A stretch of 64,000 nt of DNA from Prosthecobacter sp. (GTDB lineage: Bacteria; Verrucomicrobiota; Verrucomicrobiia; Verrucomicrobiales; Verrucomicrobiaceae), in assembly GCF_029946185.1 (NCBI RefSeq), contig NZ_JAQSEA010000306.1:11044-75043 (forward strand), in the 5' to 3' direction. The notes beneath the pieces were generated by a model that was given only the letters and a program-made list of their open reading frames with translations, was not told the origin of the DNA and made no database searches. How positions within the stretch are numbered: position 1 is the first letter of the stretch; every line of letters begins with the position of its first letter. A program made the translations under genes and the position numbers. Of this stretch, positions 50,770 through 59,792 are shown in pieces.

Positions 50770-52530
50770 TCAGAATCCGCGCGGAGCCATTGAGTAGAGG
50801 CCCAAGGTAACATCGTAGGCGTCGAGCAGCGTCATGCGCTTGACTTCATGGCCTGCACCCCAGGAGTCGGTGAAGAGCAACTGGTGTTTGGCGAGGTTGT
50901 AGCCGATGATCAGGCGCATGTGGCCGCCGCTGATCTGGCCGCCGCCCGGTAGCGGTGGATCCTCGGGCTTCTGACCCAGGAAAAGGCCCCAGAGCAAGGG
51001 CACGCCTTTGTCGGTGTATTCTTTGACGATGGAAATGAATTCCTTCTCAGATACACGGCGCTTGCCACGGTAGTAATACTGTTCGGGATTCACCAGCGGT
51101 TTGAAAGTCACATTGAAGGCTCCATCGATCTTGGCGAGGCTCTTCTGCATGGTGGTGATGTCAGCACCGCTTCCAGCATCGATGCTGACAAGCTTCGCCA
51201 TCTCGTGCTGGTCACAGGGAATGCGCATGTACTCAAACAAGCGCTGACAGCTCGCGGCGACGCAGTAGCCTTTCTGCCCCTGATCCACCATGGGAACGCC
51301 GGAAATAAAGACATCACCTTCAGTGGTCTTTTTGACACGCTGGAGCAGCTCCATGCGCTGGACGCCGGTGGCCATCTTGCCCATGCTCCAGTCGGCCTGA
51401 TTGGGCGCTGCTAGTTTCAGGCGCAAGAACTCGGGCCTCGTCACTTTGCCGGGGGTGTTGTACTCGTTGTATTCGAGCAATGCGACACCGCTGGGTGAAG
51501 TCCAGTTCCAGCCGGTGACGGGCAGCGCGGCATTGGAGGACAATATCTGGCGCTTGGGAGCGACCTTCATCACCTGACCGAGGTTTTGACCAATCAGCTT
51601 GAAAATGCGGTCGAACTCCTTCGTGGTGATATCGCCCGAGTCGCCGCGATTGTAGAAGGAGATCGTGACGCGCGCTGTTTTGCCGTTCACAAGCTCCAGA
51701 ATGGCTTCCTCCACTTTGATGGAACCACCAAACATGGTCAGATTGGTCTCCGCGTTACTGAACATGTGACGTGAAAAGCGTGCGCGGTCCTTGGCACTGC
51801 TCACCCATTCAAACTGCGGAGGCTTTTGCTGCTTATCCTGATCTTGAAGCTTCAGCACGTAGTTCTTTTCCAAATCTGCCGGACTCCATTTCCAGAGGCT
51901 CGTGAAATTCAACAGTGCATCTAGGTTGGCCGAGATTTCCGGTTGTGTTTCCCGACGTGCCGGGTCTCTGCCGGTAGGAGCGACATTGATGGAGAACCGT
52001 CCGGTTGAATCTTGGTAAGCAAAAACACCATACCCGGCTTTGAGCCATTGTTTGACCGGAATCGTTTCGAGGGTTGATTTTATTTTGCCATCTTCACCTT
52101 CCTTGCCGAAATGACTGGCCAGCAGTGCATAAACAGCCGCAGGTTGTGTGGTCAGCTTGTCACCAGGAAGCAAAATCATTCGGATCGATCTGGCTTTATC
52201 ATCCTCCCAAAAAACTTCGAACAGGCTCAGTTTGAGTGCGCCAGCAAAGGCCGTGAGATTGATGTCGTACTTGTCTGAATACGCCGAAATCGCATACCCT
52301 TCGGACCTGGACGCAGACTGTTCGTAAATTGGGAGGTTACCCTTCGAAAACTGGTTGTAAACGGACTCGTATTTCTGGCGCGTGAGGCCAAGCAGATCAT
52401 CCCAATTTAATACTGCGTCTGCTGATACATCCAGTTTGGCAGATGGTGTCGGGTTTGTCTGCGCCGTTCCCATCGGTACCAGACAACCAAACCAGCATGC
52501 CCAGTAGCTGATCATTAATTTGCGATTCAT
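50770..52530 (-). CDS. exported protein with duplicated N-terminal domain and C-terminal papain-like (C39-like) cysteine peptidase domain
   Basis: Start moved to ATG 52530 ('MNRKLMISYWACWFGCLVPMGTA'). The C-terminal 176 aa (50773-51300) carry 'DQGQKGYCVAAS' (Gln/Cys), 'SGGHMRLIIGYN' (His) and 'FTDSWG' (Asp). It lies 54 nt downstream of nuoN on the same strand. Confidence 0.65.
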   Translation of the reverse strand: MNRKLMISYWACWFGCLVPMGTAQTNPTPSAKLDVSADAVLNWDDLLGLTRQKYESVYNQFSKGNLPIYEQSASRSEGYAISAYSDKYDINLTAFAGALKLSLFEVFWEDDKARSIRMILLPGDKLTTQPAAVYALLASHFGKEGEDGKIKSTLETIPVKQWLKAGYGVFAYQDSTGRFSINVAPTGRDPARRETQPEISANLDALLNFTSLWKWSPADLEKNYVLKLQDQDKQQKPPQFEWVSSAKDRARFSRHMFSNAETNLTMFGGSIKVEEAILELVNGKTARVTISFYNRGDSGDITTKEFDRIFKLIGQNLGQVMKVAPKRQILSSNAALPVTGWNWTSPSGVALLEYNEYNTPGKVTRPEFLRLKLAAPNQADWSMGKMATGVQRMELLQRVKKTTEGDVFISGVPMVDQGQKGYCVAASCQRLFEYMRIPCDQHEMAKLVSIDAGSGADITTMQKSLAKIDGAFNVTFKPLVNPEQYYYRGKRRVSEKEFISIVKEYTDKGVPLLWGLFLGQKPEDPPLPGGGQISGGHMRLIIGYNLAKHQLLFTDSWGAGHEVKRMTLLDAYDVTLGLYSMAPRGF

Positions 52531-52584
52531 GTACGGATTTAACCCAAAGAGGCTGTCCGCTGTCAATGGCGGCTGCGTTTTTGT

Positions 52585-54057
52585 TCACTTCGCAACCATG
52601 CCTACGCCCGAAGGCGTCAGCACTTGCTGCAGCGGCTTGGGATAGACACCGAGGATCAGGATGATGAGGGCGAGGGCACAGGCGACGGCTTTGGCGGGGC
52701 CTGAGAAGGTCAGCGCGGGGACATCGGTGCCTTCGGTGGTGTACATCGCGAGGATGGTCTTGAAGTAGTAGTAGAAACCGGCGGCGGCGGCGATGATGGC
52801 ACAGATCAGGGCACCCCAGTAACCATGATCGGCCAGGCCGAGGAAGACGAAGAGCTTGCCGAGGAAACCTGCGGTGAGCGGCAGACCGGCGAGGGATGCG
52901 AAGGAGATGGTCATCAGCATCGCTAGGAGCGGGTTGCGTTTGGCGAGTCCGGCGAAGTCCTTGATGTCTTCTCCGAGACCGTTGGCGCGCATGAGGCCGA
53001 GACCGAGGAAGCCGAGAACGGTCATGGGCAGGTAGGTGGCGAGGTAGAAGGCGACGACGCTACCGGAGGAGAGATCGAAGCGGGCGCTTTCGCGGCAGGC
53101 GAGTGCGAGGAGCAGGTAGCCAGCGTGGGAGATGCTGGAGTAGGCGAGCAGACGCTTGACGCTGGTCTGGAACATCGCTGGCAGGCTACCGAGCAGGACG
53201 GTGAGCGAACCGGTGACGAGCAGGAGGGCCTGAATCTCGCTGCCGATGATGGAGCCTTCGGCCATGAAAGCGTTCAGCGCACGTGTGAGGACGACGAAGC
53301 CAGCGGCCTTGGAGCCGACGGACAGGAAGGCCGTCACGGGAGTGGGGGCGCCTTGATAGACATCTGGCACCCACATGTGGAAGGGAGCGGCGGCGACTTT
53401 AAAACCGAGACCGCAAAGCAGCACGGCGGCACCGAAGAGTGCGGTGGTTTTGCTGGTGGCAGGATTGGCGAGCGCTTTGGCGATGCCGTCGAAGCTCATG
53501 GTGCCGGTGGCGCCGTAGATCCAGGCGATGCCATAGACGAGGACGCCGGTCGAAAGAGCGCCGAGGATGAGGTATTTGACACCGGCTTCGAGGCTGAAGG
53601 CGCTTTTACGTGCGAAGGCGACGAGGACGTAGAACGAGACGGTGACGAGTTCCAGGGTGACGAAGACTGTGACAAGATCACGAGCGGAGGCCATCCACAT
53701 CATGCCCGCGCAAACGATGAGCGGCAGGCTGAACATTTCGGCGAGTTTGCCGTCGACGGTGAAGCGGGTGAGATACGGGGCGCACTCAAGCGTGAGCCAG
53801 AGAACGAGGATGGTTATTGCGAGCGCGAAGCCTTTGTAGAAAAGGGCGAGACTGTCGAGCTGGTGCCAGGGCTGGACGAAGCCGGGCAGGCTGGCGCTGT
53901 CGTGCGGCACGAAGAAGAACAGCACGAGCGCGAGCGTGGTGCCTGCGATGGCGGTGAGACCGAGAGTGCTGCGGGAGATGTCGGGCTTGAAGGCCTCGAG
54001 CAGCAGCAGTGCAAGTCCGAGGAGGGCGAGGCCGGCTTCGATGGTGAAAACGCTCAT
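52585..54057 (-). CDS. nuoN: NADH-quinone oxidoreductase subunit N
   Basis: 490-aa antiporter-like polytopic protein. It is last in the canonical I-J-K-L-M-N order. Confidence 0.93.
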   Translation of the reverse strand: MSVFTIEAGLALLGLALLLLEAFKPDISRSTLGLTAIAGTTLALVLFFFVPHDSASLPGFVQPWHQLDSLALFYKGFALAITILVLWLTLECAPYLTRFTVDGKLAEMFSLPLIVCAGMMWMASARDLVTVFVTLELVTVSFYVLVAFARKSAFSLEAGVKYLILGALSTGVLVYGIAWIYGATGTMSFDGIAKALANPATSKTTALFGAAVLLCGLGFKVAAAPFHMWVPDVYQGAPTPVTAFLSVGSKAAGFVVLTRALNAFMAEGSIIGSEIQALLLVTGSLTVLLGSLPAMFQTSVKRLLAYSSISHAGYLLLALACRESARFDLSSGSVVAFYLATYLPMTVLGFLGLGLMRANGLGEDIKDFAGLAKRNPLLAMLMTISFASLAGLPLTAGFLGKLFVFLGLADHGYWGALICAIIAAAAGFYYYFKTILAMYTTEGTDVPALTFSGPAKAVACALALIILILGVYPKPLQQVLTPSGVGMVAK

Positions 54058-54064
54058 GGCAGGA

Positions 54065-55525
54065 CTACAGCGCGGATTTCATGAGGTTGAGCAGCAGCCA
54101 AGGGCAGCAGCCGGTGACAAGCAGCGTGGCTGCGAGGATGATGAAGGGGACGCGCTGTGAAAACGCAGGATCGATCATGAACAGGCCGGTGGCAGGGCTG
54201 CCGTGGAAGATGCTGCGATAGGCACGCAGCATATAAACAGCGGACATCACCACGCCCCAGAGCGCCAGGATGACGGTCCATTGCAGATTGGTCAAAGCAC
54301 CTGCTTTGATTTCGGTGAAGTTGCCGAGGAAGATCATTACTTCCCCCGCAAAGTTAGTCAGGCCGGGGAGACCGATGGAGGCAAAGGCACCAAAGGCAAA
54401 GAGCACTGTAAAGGCTGGTGCATGGGAGGCTAGGCCGCCGAGCTTGTTGTACTCCAGGGTGCCAAGCTGATTGCGCATGCGACCGCAGAGGCCGAAAAGC
54501 AGCGCAATGGAGATGCCATGGGCGAACATGAGGATCACCGCGCCTTTGAGGGCGATTTCCGTGCCTGCGGCGATGCCGAGGAAAATGTAACCCATGTGCA
54601 TGACGCTGGAGTTTGCGAGCGTGTCGTCGAGACGATTTGCATGGATGGTGACGAGGCCCATGATGAGAATGTTGCCGAGGAGCATCAGCAGCAGTGCGTT
54701 CTGCACCCATTCCACATGGACACCCTGCGGCAGGAGCGGCAGGGCTATGCGGATGAGACCATAGAGACCGAATTTTTTTAGCACTCCAGAGTGCAGCATA
54801 GCTACCGGAGTGGGTGCGGTGGCGTAAGCAGGTGCTGCCCAGCTATGAAAGGGAAAGAGGCTGACGAGGGAGCCAAATCCCAGCAGGAGGACGAAGAAGA
54901 TCTGTGCCTGTTTGGCAGCGGGCAGCGGATTGAGCCTGGCCTGACTGCGAAGGGCTTCGAGGTCGAAGGTGAGCTTGGAGCCGCCGCTGAATTCGAGAAC
55001 GAGCCAGACCAAACCTGCGAGCAGGACTAGGCTGCCAGCACCGAGATAAATCGTAGCTTTCCATGCAACGGCCTTGCGATGGGCGGGTTCGGCACGCCCA
55101 TGAAGTGCTATCATGAGAAAGGTGGGGATCAACGCGAGTTCGTGGAAGGCGTAGATGAAGAAAATATCCGTGGTGAGGAAGGCTCCCAGTGCACCGCCGC
55201 CGATGAGCAGCGAGGAAATGTAGAAGATAGCAGGGCGGTCATGGATCTGCCAGATGGCGGCCAGCATCACCAGGGTGGTGAGCAGGACGAGAATGAGTGA
55301 TATGCCATCCGCACCGACGGCGAAGCTGAGGGATGGATTTTCGAGGATCGGCCGCGAATAGGTGAAGGCGAGTCCAGTTTTGCCCCAGTATTGCACCGTG
55401 GTGTACAAGACGAGGATCAGATTGATGATCGTGGCACCGAGGGATACTGCGCGGGCAGGCGCACCGAGCCCGACCGCCAGTGCGGCGAGGAGGGGTAGTG
55501 CGATGATTAATTCAAGAACGCTCAT
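54065..55525 (-). CDS. nuoM: NADH-quinone oxidoreductase subunit M
   Basis: 486-aa antiporter-like subunit ('FHSWAAPAYATAPTPVAMLHSGVLKK'), positioned between nuoL and nuoN. Confidence 0.93.
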   Translation of the reverse strand: MSVLELIIALPLLAALAVGLGAPARAVSLGATIINLILVLYTTVQYWGKTGLAFTYSRPILENPSLSFAVGADGISLILVLLTTLVMLAAIWQIHDRPAIFYISSLLIGGGALGAFLTTDIFFIYAFHELALIPTFLMIALHGRAEPAHRKAVAWKATIYLGAGSLVLLAGLVWLVLEFSGGSKLTFDLEALRSQARLNPLPAAKQAQIFFVLLLGFGSLVSLFPFHSWAAPAYATAPTPVAMLHSGVLKKFGLYGLIRIALPLLPQGVHVEWVQNALLLMLLGNILIMGLVTIHANRLDDTLANSSVMHMGYIFLGIAAGTEIALKGAVILMFAHGISIALLFGLCGRMRNQLGTLEYNKLGGLASHAPAFTVLFAFGAFASIGLPGLTNFAGEVMIFLGNFTEIKAGALTNLQWTVILALWGVVMSAVYMLRAYRSIFHGSPATGLFMIDPAFSQRVPFIILAATLLVTGCCPWLLLNLMKSAL

Positions 55526-55537
55526 TCAATTTCTCCA

Positions 55538-57412
55538 TCAATGGCCCAGACGGGGCAGCACAAAAACAACAAGATAAATCACGGCAATAACGCCACCGCC
55601 CAGCAGGAAAGTGTAGCCTTGCAGATGTCCGCCCTGCAGCATGCGGGTGGCGGCTCCGAGACGAGCGACGAGCGCCGTGGGCAGACGGGCGACGAGGCCA
55701 TCCACAAACACACGCTCCAAGGCGGTGACGATCCACGCCAAGCGGTCCTGGCAGATGCGGACGATGACGGCGTACATTTCGTCGAAGTAGAACTTGTTGG
55801 CGAAGAGCTTGATGCTGATGGGGTCCTTATCCTTGCCGCGATAGAGGTAGATCGCGCCGCCGGTTCCGATGAGGAATGCGGCGATGGAGGCAAACAGCAC
55901 GGTGGCGTGAGGCGGCTCATGCGCGGGTTTCAGGGCCTGCAGCGGCGTGGCAAATCCATCCCAGGCTGAAAAGATCGAAAAGATCGCCAAGATCACCAGA
56001 GGGAGCAGCATGATCAACGGCACCTCAGTCGCGTGATGTGCCGACTCGGTGCGTGGCTTGCCGAAGAAAGCGATGATGACCAACCGCATCATGTAGAACG
56101 AAGTCAGCAGGGCGGTGAGCGCGGCTGAGTGGAAGAGAATGTTGCAGCCGCTGTCATAAGCCGCTCCCAAGATGCCTTCCTTGCTGTAGAAGCCACTGGT
56201 GATGTAGGGAAGGCCCATCAATGCCAGAGTGCCGATGAGGAAGGTCCAGAAAGTGACGGGCATGTGCTTGCGTAGACCGCCCATCTTCCAGATGTCCTGC
56301 TCGTGGTGGCAGGCATAGATGATGGCACCGGAACCGAGGAAGAGCATCGCTTTGAAAAAAGCGTGAGTGTAGAGATGGAACATGGCCGGATGGCCGGGAT
56401 TCGGACCGTGAGGATGGCCAGCCATTGCCACGGCACCGACGGCCATGACCATGTAGCCAAGCTGGGAGAGGGTGGAGTAGGCTAGCACACGCTTGATGTC
56501 ATTCTGCTGTGTGGCCATCAAGGCGGCCATCAGAGCGGTGAAGGCGCCGATGCCAGCGATGATTTCAGCCGCTAGGGGAGAAGCCTCAATGAGGAAGCTC
56601 ATACGGACGAGCATGTAAACACCTGCGGCGACCATGGTAGCGGCGTGGATGAGGGCGGAGACGGGAGTGGGGCCTTCCATGGCGTCTGGCAACCAGACGT
56701 GCAGCGGGAACTGGGCGGATTTACCCACCGCACCGAGGAAGATACACAGGGCAGCGGCCGTGGTGAAACCAGCGCTATAACCGGGTGCCTCAGGACTCAG
56801 CGGACCGCCGGGCCCAAAAGCCGAGGTGAGGTCTTCGATATTTACATTGCCGTGATGAGCTCCAAACAGCAGCAGAATGCCGATCATGAAGCCGAAGTCA
56901 CCAATGCGATTGGTGAGGAAGGCTTTTTTGCAGGCTTCCGCTGCGCTGGCTTTTTGATACCAGTGGCCGATCAGCAGGTAGGAACTCAGACCGACGAGCT
57001 CCCAGAAGATGAACATCATGATCAGGTTTCCGGCCAGCACGATGCCAGTCATGGAAAACATGAAGAGCGAGAGTGAGCCGAAGAAGCGGGGCTTTGCCTC
57101 ATCGTCCTTCATGTAGCCGAGCGAGAAGATATGCACCAGCATGCCGATGAAGCTGACGATGAACATCATGCCGCGGCTCTGCTTGTCGATCAGGACATCA
57201 ATGTTTGCGTGAAAATGACCGACATCAAGGAAAGGCAGGAGCATCTGCGTCTTGTTGTCATCTGCCGCAGCCAAGAGAGCCAGGCAGGCGATGAAGGAAA
57301 TGATCGAGGAGCCCACTGAAATGAGCACAGCGGCACCTTTGAGCTGACGGTGCCCCAGAAGAATGACGAGCGCCGAAAAGAATGGCAGCAGTAGGATGAT
57401 GCTGGCGTGCAT
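55538..57412 (-). CDS. nuoL: NADH-quinone oxidoreductase subunit L
   Basis: 624 aa. 'GKSAQFPLHVWLPDAMEGPTPVSALIHAATMVAAG' is present. The long C-terminal extension is typical of NuoL. Confidence 0.95.
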   Translation of the reverse strand: MHASIILLLPFFSALVILLGHRQLKGAAVLISVGSSIISFIACLALLAAADDNKTQMLLPFLDVGHFHANIDVLIDKQSRGMMFIVSFIGMLVHIFSLGYMKDDEAKPRFFGSLSLFMFSMTGIVLAGNLIMMFIFWELVGLSSYLLIGHWYQKASAAEACKKAFLTNRIGDFGFMIGILLLFGAHHGNVNIEDLTSAFGPGGPLSPEAPGYSAGFTTAAALCIFLGAVGKSAQFPLHVWLPDAMEGPTPVSALIHAATMVAAGVYMLVRMSFLIEASPLAAEIIAGIGAFTALMAALMATQQNDIKRVLAYSTLSQLGYMVMAVGAVAMAGHPHGPNPGHPAMFHLYTHAFFKAMLFLGSGAIIYACHHEQDIWKMGGLRKHMPVTFWTFLIGTLALMGLPYITSGFYSKEGILGAAYDSGCNILFHSAALTALLTSFYMMRLVIIAFFGKPRTESAHHATEVPLIMLLPLVILAIFSIFSAWDGFATPLQALKPAHEPPHATVLFASIAAFLIGTGGAIYLYRGKDKDPISIKLFANKFYFDEMYAVIVRICQDRLAWIVTALERVFVDGLVARLPTALVARLGAATRMLQGGHLQGYTFLLGGGVIAVIYLVVFVLPRLGH

Positions 57413-57421
57413 GCGGGCGCG

Positions 57422-57739
57422 TTATCCTTGAAGTTTGGTGACGGACTCCACATCCACGCTCTGTTTGGAGCGGAAGAGAGCCACGATGATGGCGAGGCCC
57501 ACAGCCACTTCAGCGGCAGCCACGGTGATGGTGAAGAAGACGAGCGACTGCGCGGTGTAATCCGGCAGGCCGTTGGCGAGATGAAAGCGGGAGAAGCCGA
57601 CGAGCGCGAGATTCGCGGCGCTGAGCATCATCTCCAGACACATGTAAACGATGATGATGTTTCTGCGGGCAATGACGCCAGCGAGACCCAGAGAGAAAAG
57701 CATGCCGCTGACAACGAGATAGTGGCCGAGGGTGATCAT
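57422..57739 (-). CDS. nuoK: NADH-quinone oxidoreductase subunit K
   Basis: 105 aa with three TM helices ('EMMLSAANLALV', 'VAAAEVAVGLAI'). It overlaps the nuoJ stop by 4 nt. Confidence 0.93.
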   Translation of the reverse strand: MITLGHYLVVSGMLFSLGLAGVIARRNIIIVYMCLEMMLSAANLALVGFSRFHLANGLPDYTAQSLVFFTITVAAAEVAVGLAIIVALFRSKQSVDVESVTKLQG

Positions 57740-58317
57740 GGGGCGCTCCTTTCACGTTTGCTGAGAACAACCACACCGATGGTGCCGACCAGCAGCAGCA
57801 GGCCAATCACTTGAAGGTGGAAGCCGTATTGATCAAAAAGGGTGAAGCCGATGAGCTTGGCATCCGGGAGCGTGCCTGATTTGAGGTCATTGGTGATGGT
57901 GGGGAGGGCCGCCGCCTTGCCGATCTTTGTTGCGGCTTCAGCCAGAGCCAACGGGGTGTCCTGCGAGGTTTTCTTGGCCAGTTCAGTGCTGCCGACAACT
58001 GCGGCGATTTGAAGGGTCAGCAACACTGCGAGCAGAACACCGGAGACGATGGCTGGCATGTTCAGTTTCTTGCCCTCCTCCGTCTTGATGTCGAGGAGCA
58101 TGATGATGAAGAGGAAGAGCACCATCACCGCGCCGGCATAGACGAGAATTTGGATCACCGCGATGAAGTAGGCATCCAGACTCAGGAACAGGGCAGCCAA
58201 GCCAACGAAGCTGGCGGCAAGCGAGAGGGCGCAGGTTACAGGATTGCGCCCGGTGACGACCATGAAGCCGAAGCCCAGGGTGATCAGTGCGAAGAGATAG
58301 AACAGCAGCGGGGGCAT
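57736..58317 (-). CDS. nuoJ: NADH-quinone oxidoreductase subunit J
   Basis: The in-frame ATG at 58317 overlaps the nuoI TAA (TAATG). The NuoJ-like helices include 'ILVYAGAVMVLFLFIIMLL'. Confidence 0.9.
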   Translation of the reverse strand: MPPLLFYLFALITLGFGFMVVTGRNPVTCALSLAASFVGLAALFLSLDAYFIAVIQILVYAGAVMVLFLFIIMLLDIKTEEGKKLNMPAIVSGVLLAVLLTLQIAAVVGSTELAKKTSQDTPLALAEAATKIGKAAALPTITNDLKSGTLPDAKLIGFTLFDQYGFHLQVIGLLLLVGTIGVVVLSKRERSAP

Positions 58318-58862
58318 TATTTGAGCTCGTTCCACTTGTTCACCAGCCCCACGCGCTGGCCGCCGATTTCATAGAGGCGTTTTTTGTCGTGCACCATCTC
58401 CTGGCGTGAGAGACCGGTGATGGCGTAGTCCTTGCGAAGGAATATGGCCTGCTCCGGGCAGACCTCCTCGCACATGCCGCAGTAGATGCAGCGAATCATG
58501 TCGATGTCGAATTCCTTGGGGCGCTTCTCGACCTTGGCCCACGGATCGTCGCTGGGGATCTCAGCGGGGATGATTTTGATGGCTTTGGGCGGGCAGATGA
58601 ACTCGCAGAGCTGGCAGCTGACGCAGCGCTCGCGATCCTGCTCATCGGTGACGAGGGCGGGAGCACCACGGTAGTAGTCCGGCAGATGTTCGTCCCACTT
58701 CTGCTCCGGGTATTCCATCGTCACCTTGGGCTTGCTGCCGGCGATCTGGAGGAAGGTTTTGATGCCGTGCCCAATCGTGATTTTCAGCCCTTTGTACAGC
58801 GTGGAAATGAACCAGCGTTCATGCCAGGCAAGTTTAGGACGTTGTACAATGATAGTGGCCAT
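58317..58862 (-). CDS. nuoI: NADH-quinone oxidoreductase subunit I (2x[4Fe-4S])
   Basis: Two ferredoxin motifs: 'CVSCQLCEFICP' and 'CIYCGMCEEVCP'. 181 aa. Confidence 0.95.
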   Translation of the reverse strand: MATIIVQRPKLAWHERWFISTLYKGLKITIGHGIKTFLQIAGSKPKVTMEYPEQKWDEHLPDYYRGAPALVTDEQDRERCVSCQLCEFICPPKAIKIIPAEIPSDDPWAKVEKRPKEFDIDMIRCIYCGMCEEVCPEQAIFLRKDYAITGLSRQEMVHDKKRLYEIGGQRVGLVNKWNELK

Positions 58863-58931
58863 GTAGGAGCAGGGAACCGCAGGAGAATCGGATTTGATTA
58901 TCCGAACGTCCCGCAGTGCGGCAACCGCTAT

Positions 58932-58949
58932 TTGTGAAAAATTTCACAA
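58932..58949. promoter_or_regulatory. CRP/FNR-family-type palindrome TTGTGAAA-aa-TTTCACAA (TGTGA-N6-TCACA)
   Basis: Read directly: TGTGA at 58933-58937 and TCACA at 58944-58948. The site is centred about 78 nt upstream of the nuoI ATG (58862). Confidence 0.4.
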
Positions 58950-59008
58950 GGACGGGCCGGAATCACAAAATCAGCCAGAAATTGACCTTGAATCGTCTGG
59001 CTGAGCGA

Positions 59009-59027
59009 AGGGGCCTACAAGGCCCCT
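59009..59027 (-). terminator. hairpin just after the ComEA-like gene stop
   Basis: AGGGGCCT-aca-AGGCCCCT is a perfect 8-bp stem, 7 nt downstream of the TAG (59035-59037, minus strand). There is no U-tract. Confidence 0.35.
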
Positions 59028-59034
59028 GGGGAGG

Positions 59035-59445
59035 CTATTTGGGTGCCTGGGCGTCCGTTTTCTTCGGCGCAGCCTTCTTTTTAGAAGCCCGCGCTTTTTT
59101 CTCCGGCTGCGGAAAACCTGCTTTCGCGTAGGCAACGATCTGGGCAAAGGTGCCTTCACCGATGCCTTCGGCTTTCACCAGGTGAGTCACATCGGCCAAA
59201 GGCCGGACTTTTTGAATGGCCTTGGCGCGGACCTCGCCAATGCCAGGAAGCGTCATGAGCGCTGCCAGATCACCCTCGTTCAGTAAAGACAGCAACTGGG
59301 CACTCTCCAAGAGCGAAAGCGTTTTGGCAACGGCCTCCACTTTGGCCGAGGGCTTGGGTGGACTTTTCTTTTGCGGGGCGGTTTGAGCTACAGCCAGAGA
59401 GGAGCTGAGAGCTAGGGCGACGAGGAATGCGACGAGTCTTTTCAT
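59035..59445 (-). CDS. ComEA-like helix-hairpin-helix DNA-binding protein, secreted
   Basis: Signal peptide. 'LMTLPGIGEVRAKAIQ' and 'LVKAEGIGEGTFAQI' are tandem HhH motifs. The C-terminal tail is Lys-rich. Confidence 0.8.
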   Translation of the reverse strand: MKRLVAFLVALALSSSLAVAQTAPQKKSPPKPSAKVEAVAKTLSLLESAQLLSLLNEGDLAALMTLPGIGEVRAKAIQKVRPLADVTHLVKAEGIGEGTFAQIVAYAKAGFPQPEKKARASKKKAAPKKTDAQAPK

Positions 59446-59792
59446 AGGAGATACGGTATAAATATCGCAGCAATATTATTAAATTAACACTACGAATGGC
59501 GAGGAAAAAATTGTCGCACCCCTCTTTTTGCAGGCCCCACGTCACTGCCAGACACCCAAAGGCTCGAGGCCGCACATATCGGCGGGTAGTTGCGCAAAGA
59601 AGGGACTGATGTCAGCTTCTTTCCCACCGGGAAGAACGGGCCCGCCAGTTCCTCCAAGTGACTCGGGACACTAAAGTAAGGTGCTGGAACTAAATAACCA
59701 TTTGGTCGAATTCTCAGGAATAAGATAGAAGGAGTTAGAATTCTTATGGCGCTTCTAATTTATCTCGGTTAGAATAATACACACTTGGGTAA

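Noticed and set aside
59270-59575. 101-aa minus-strand ORF overlapping the ComEA-like gene and the AT-rich spacer.
   Set aside because: It is out of frame with the well-supported ComEA-like CDS and extends into AT-rich promoter DNA. No motifs were seen.
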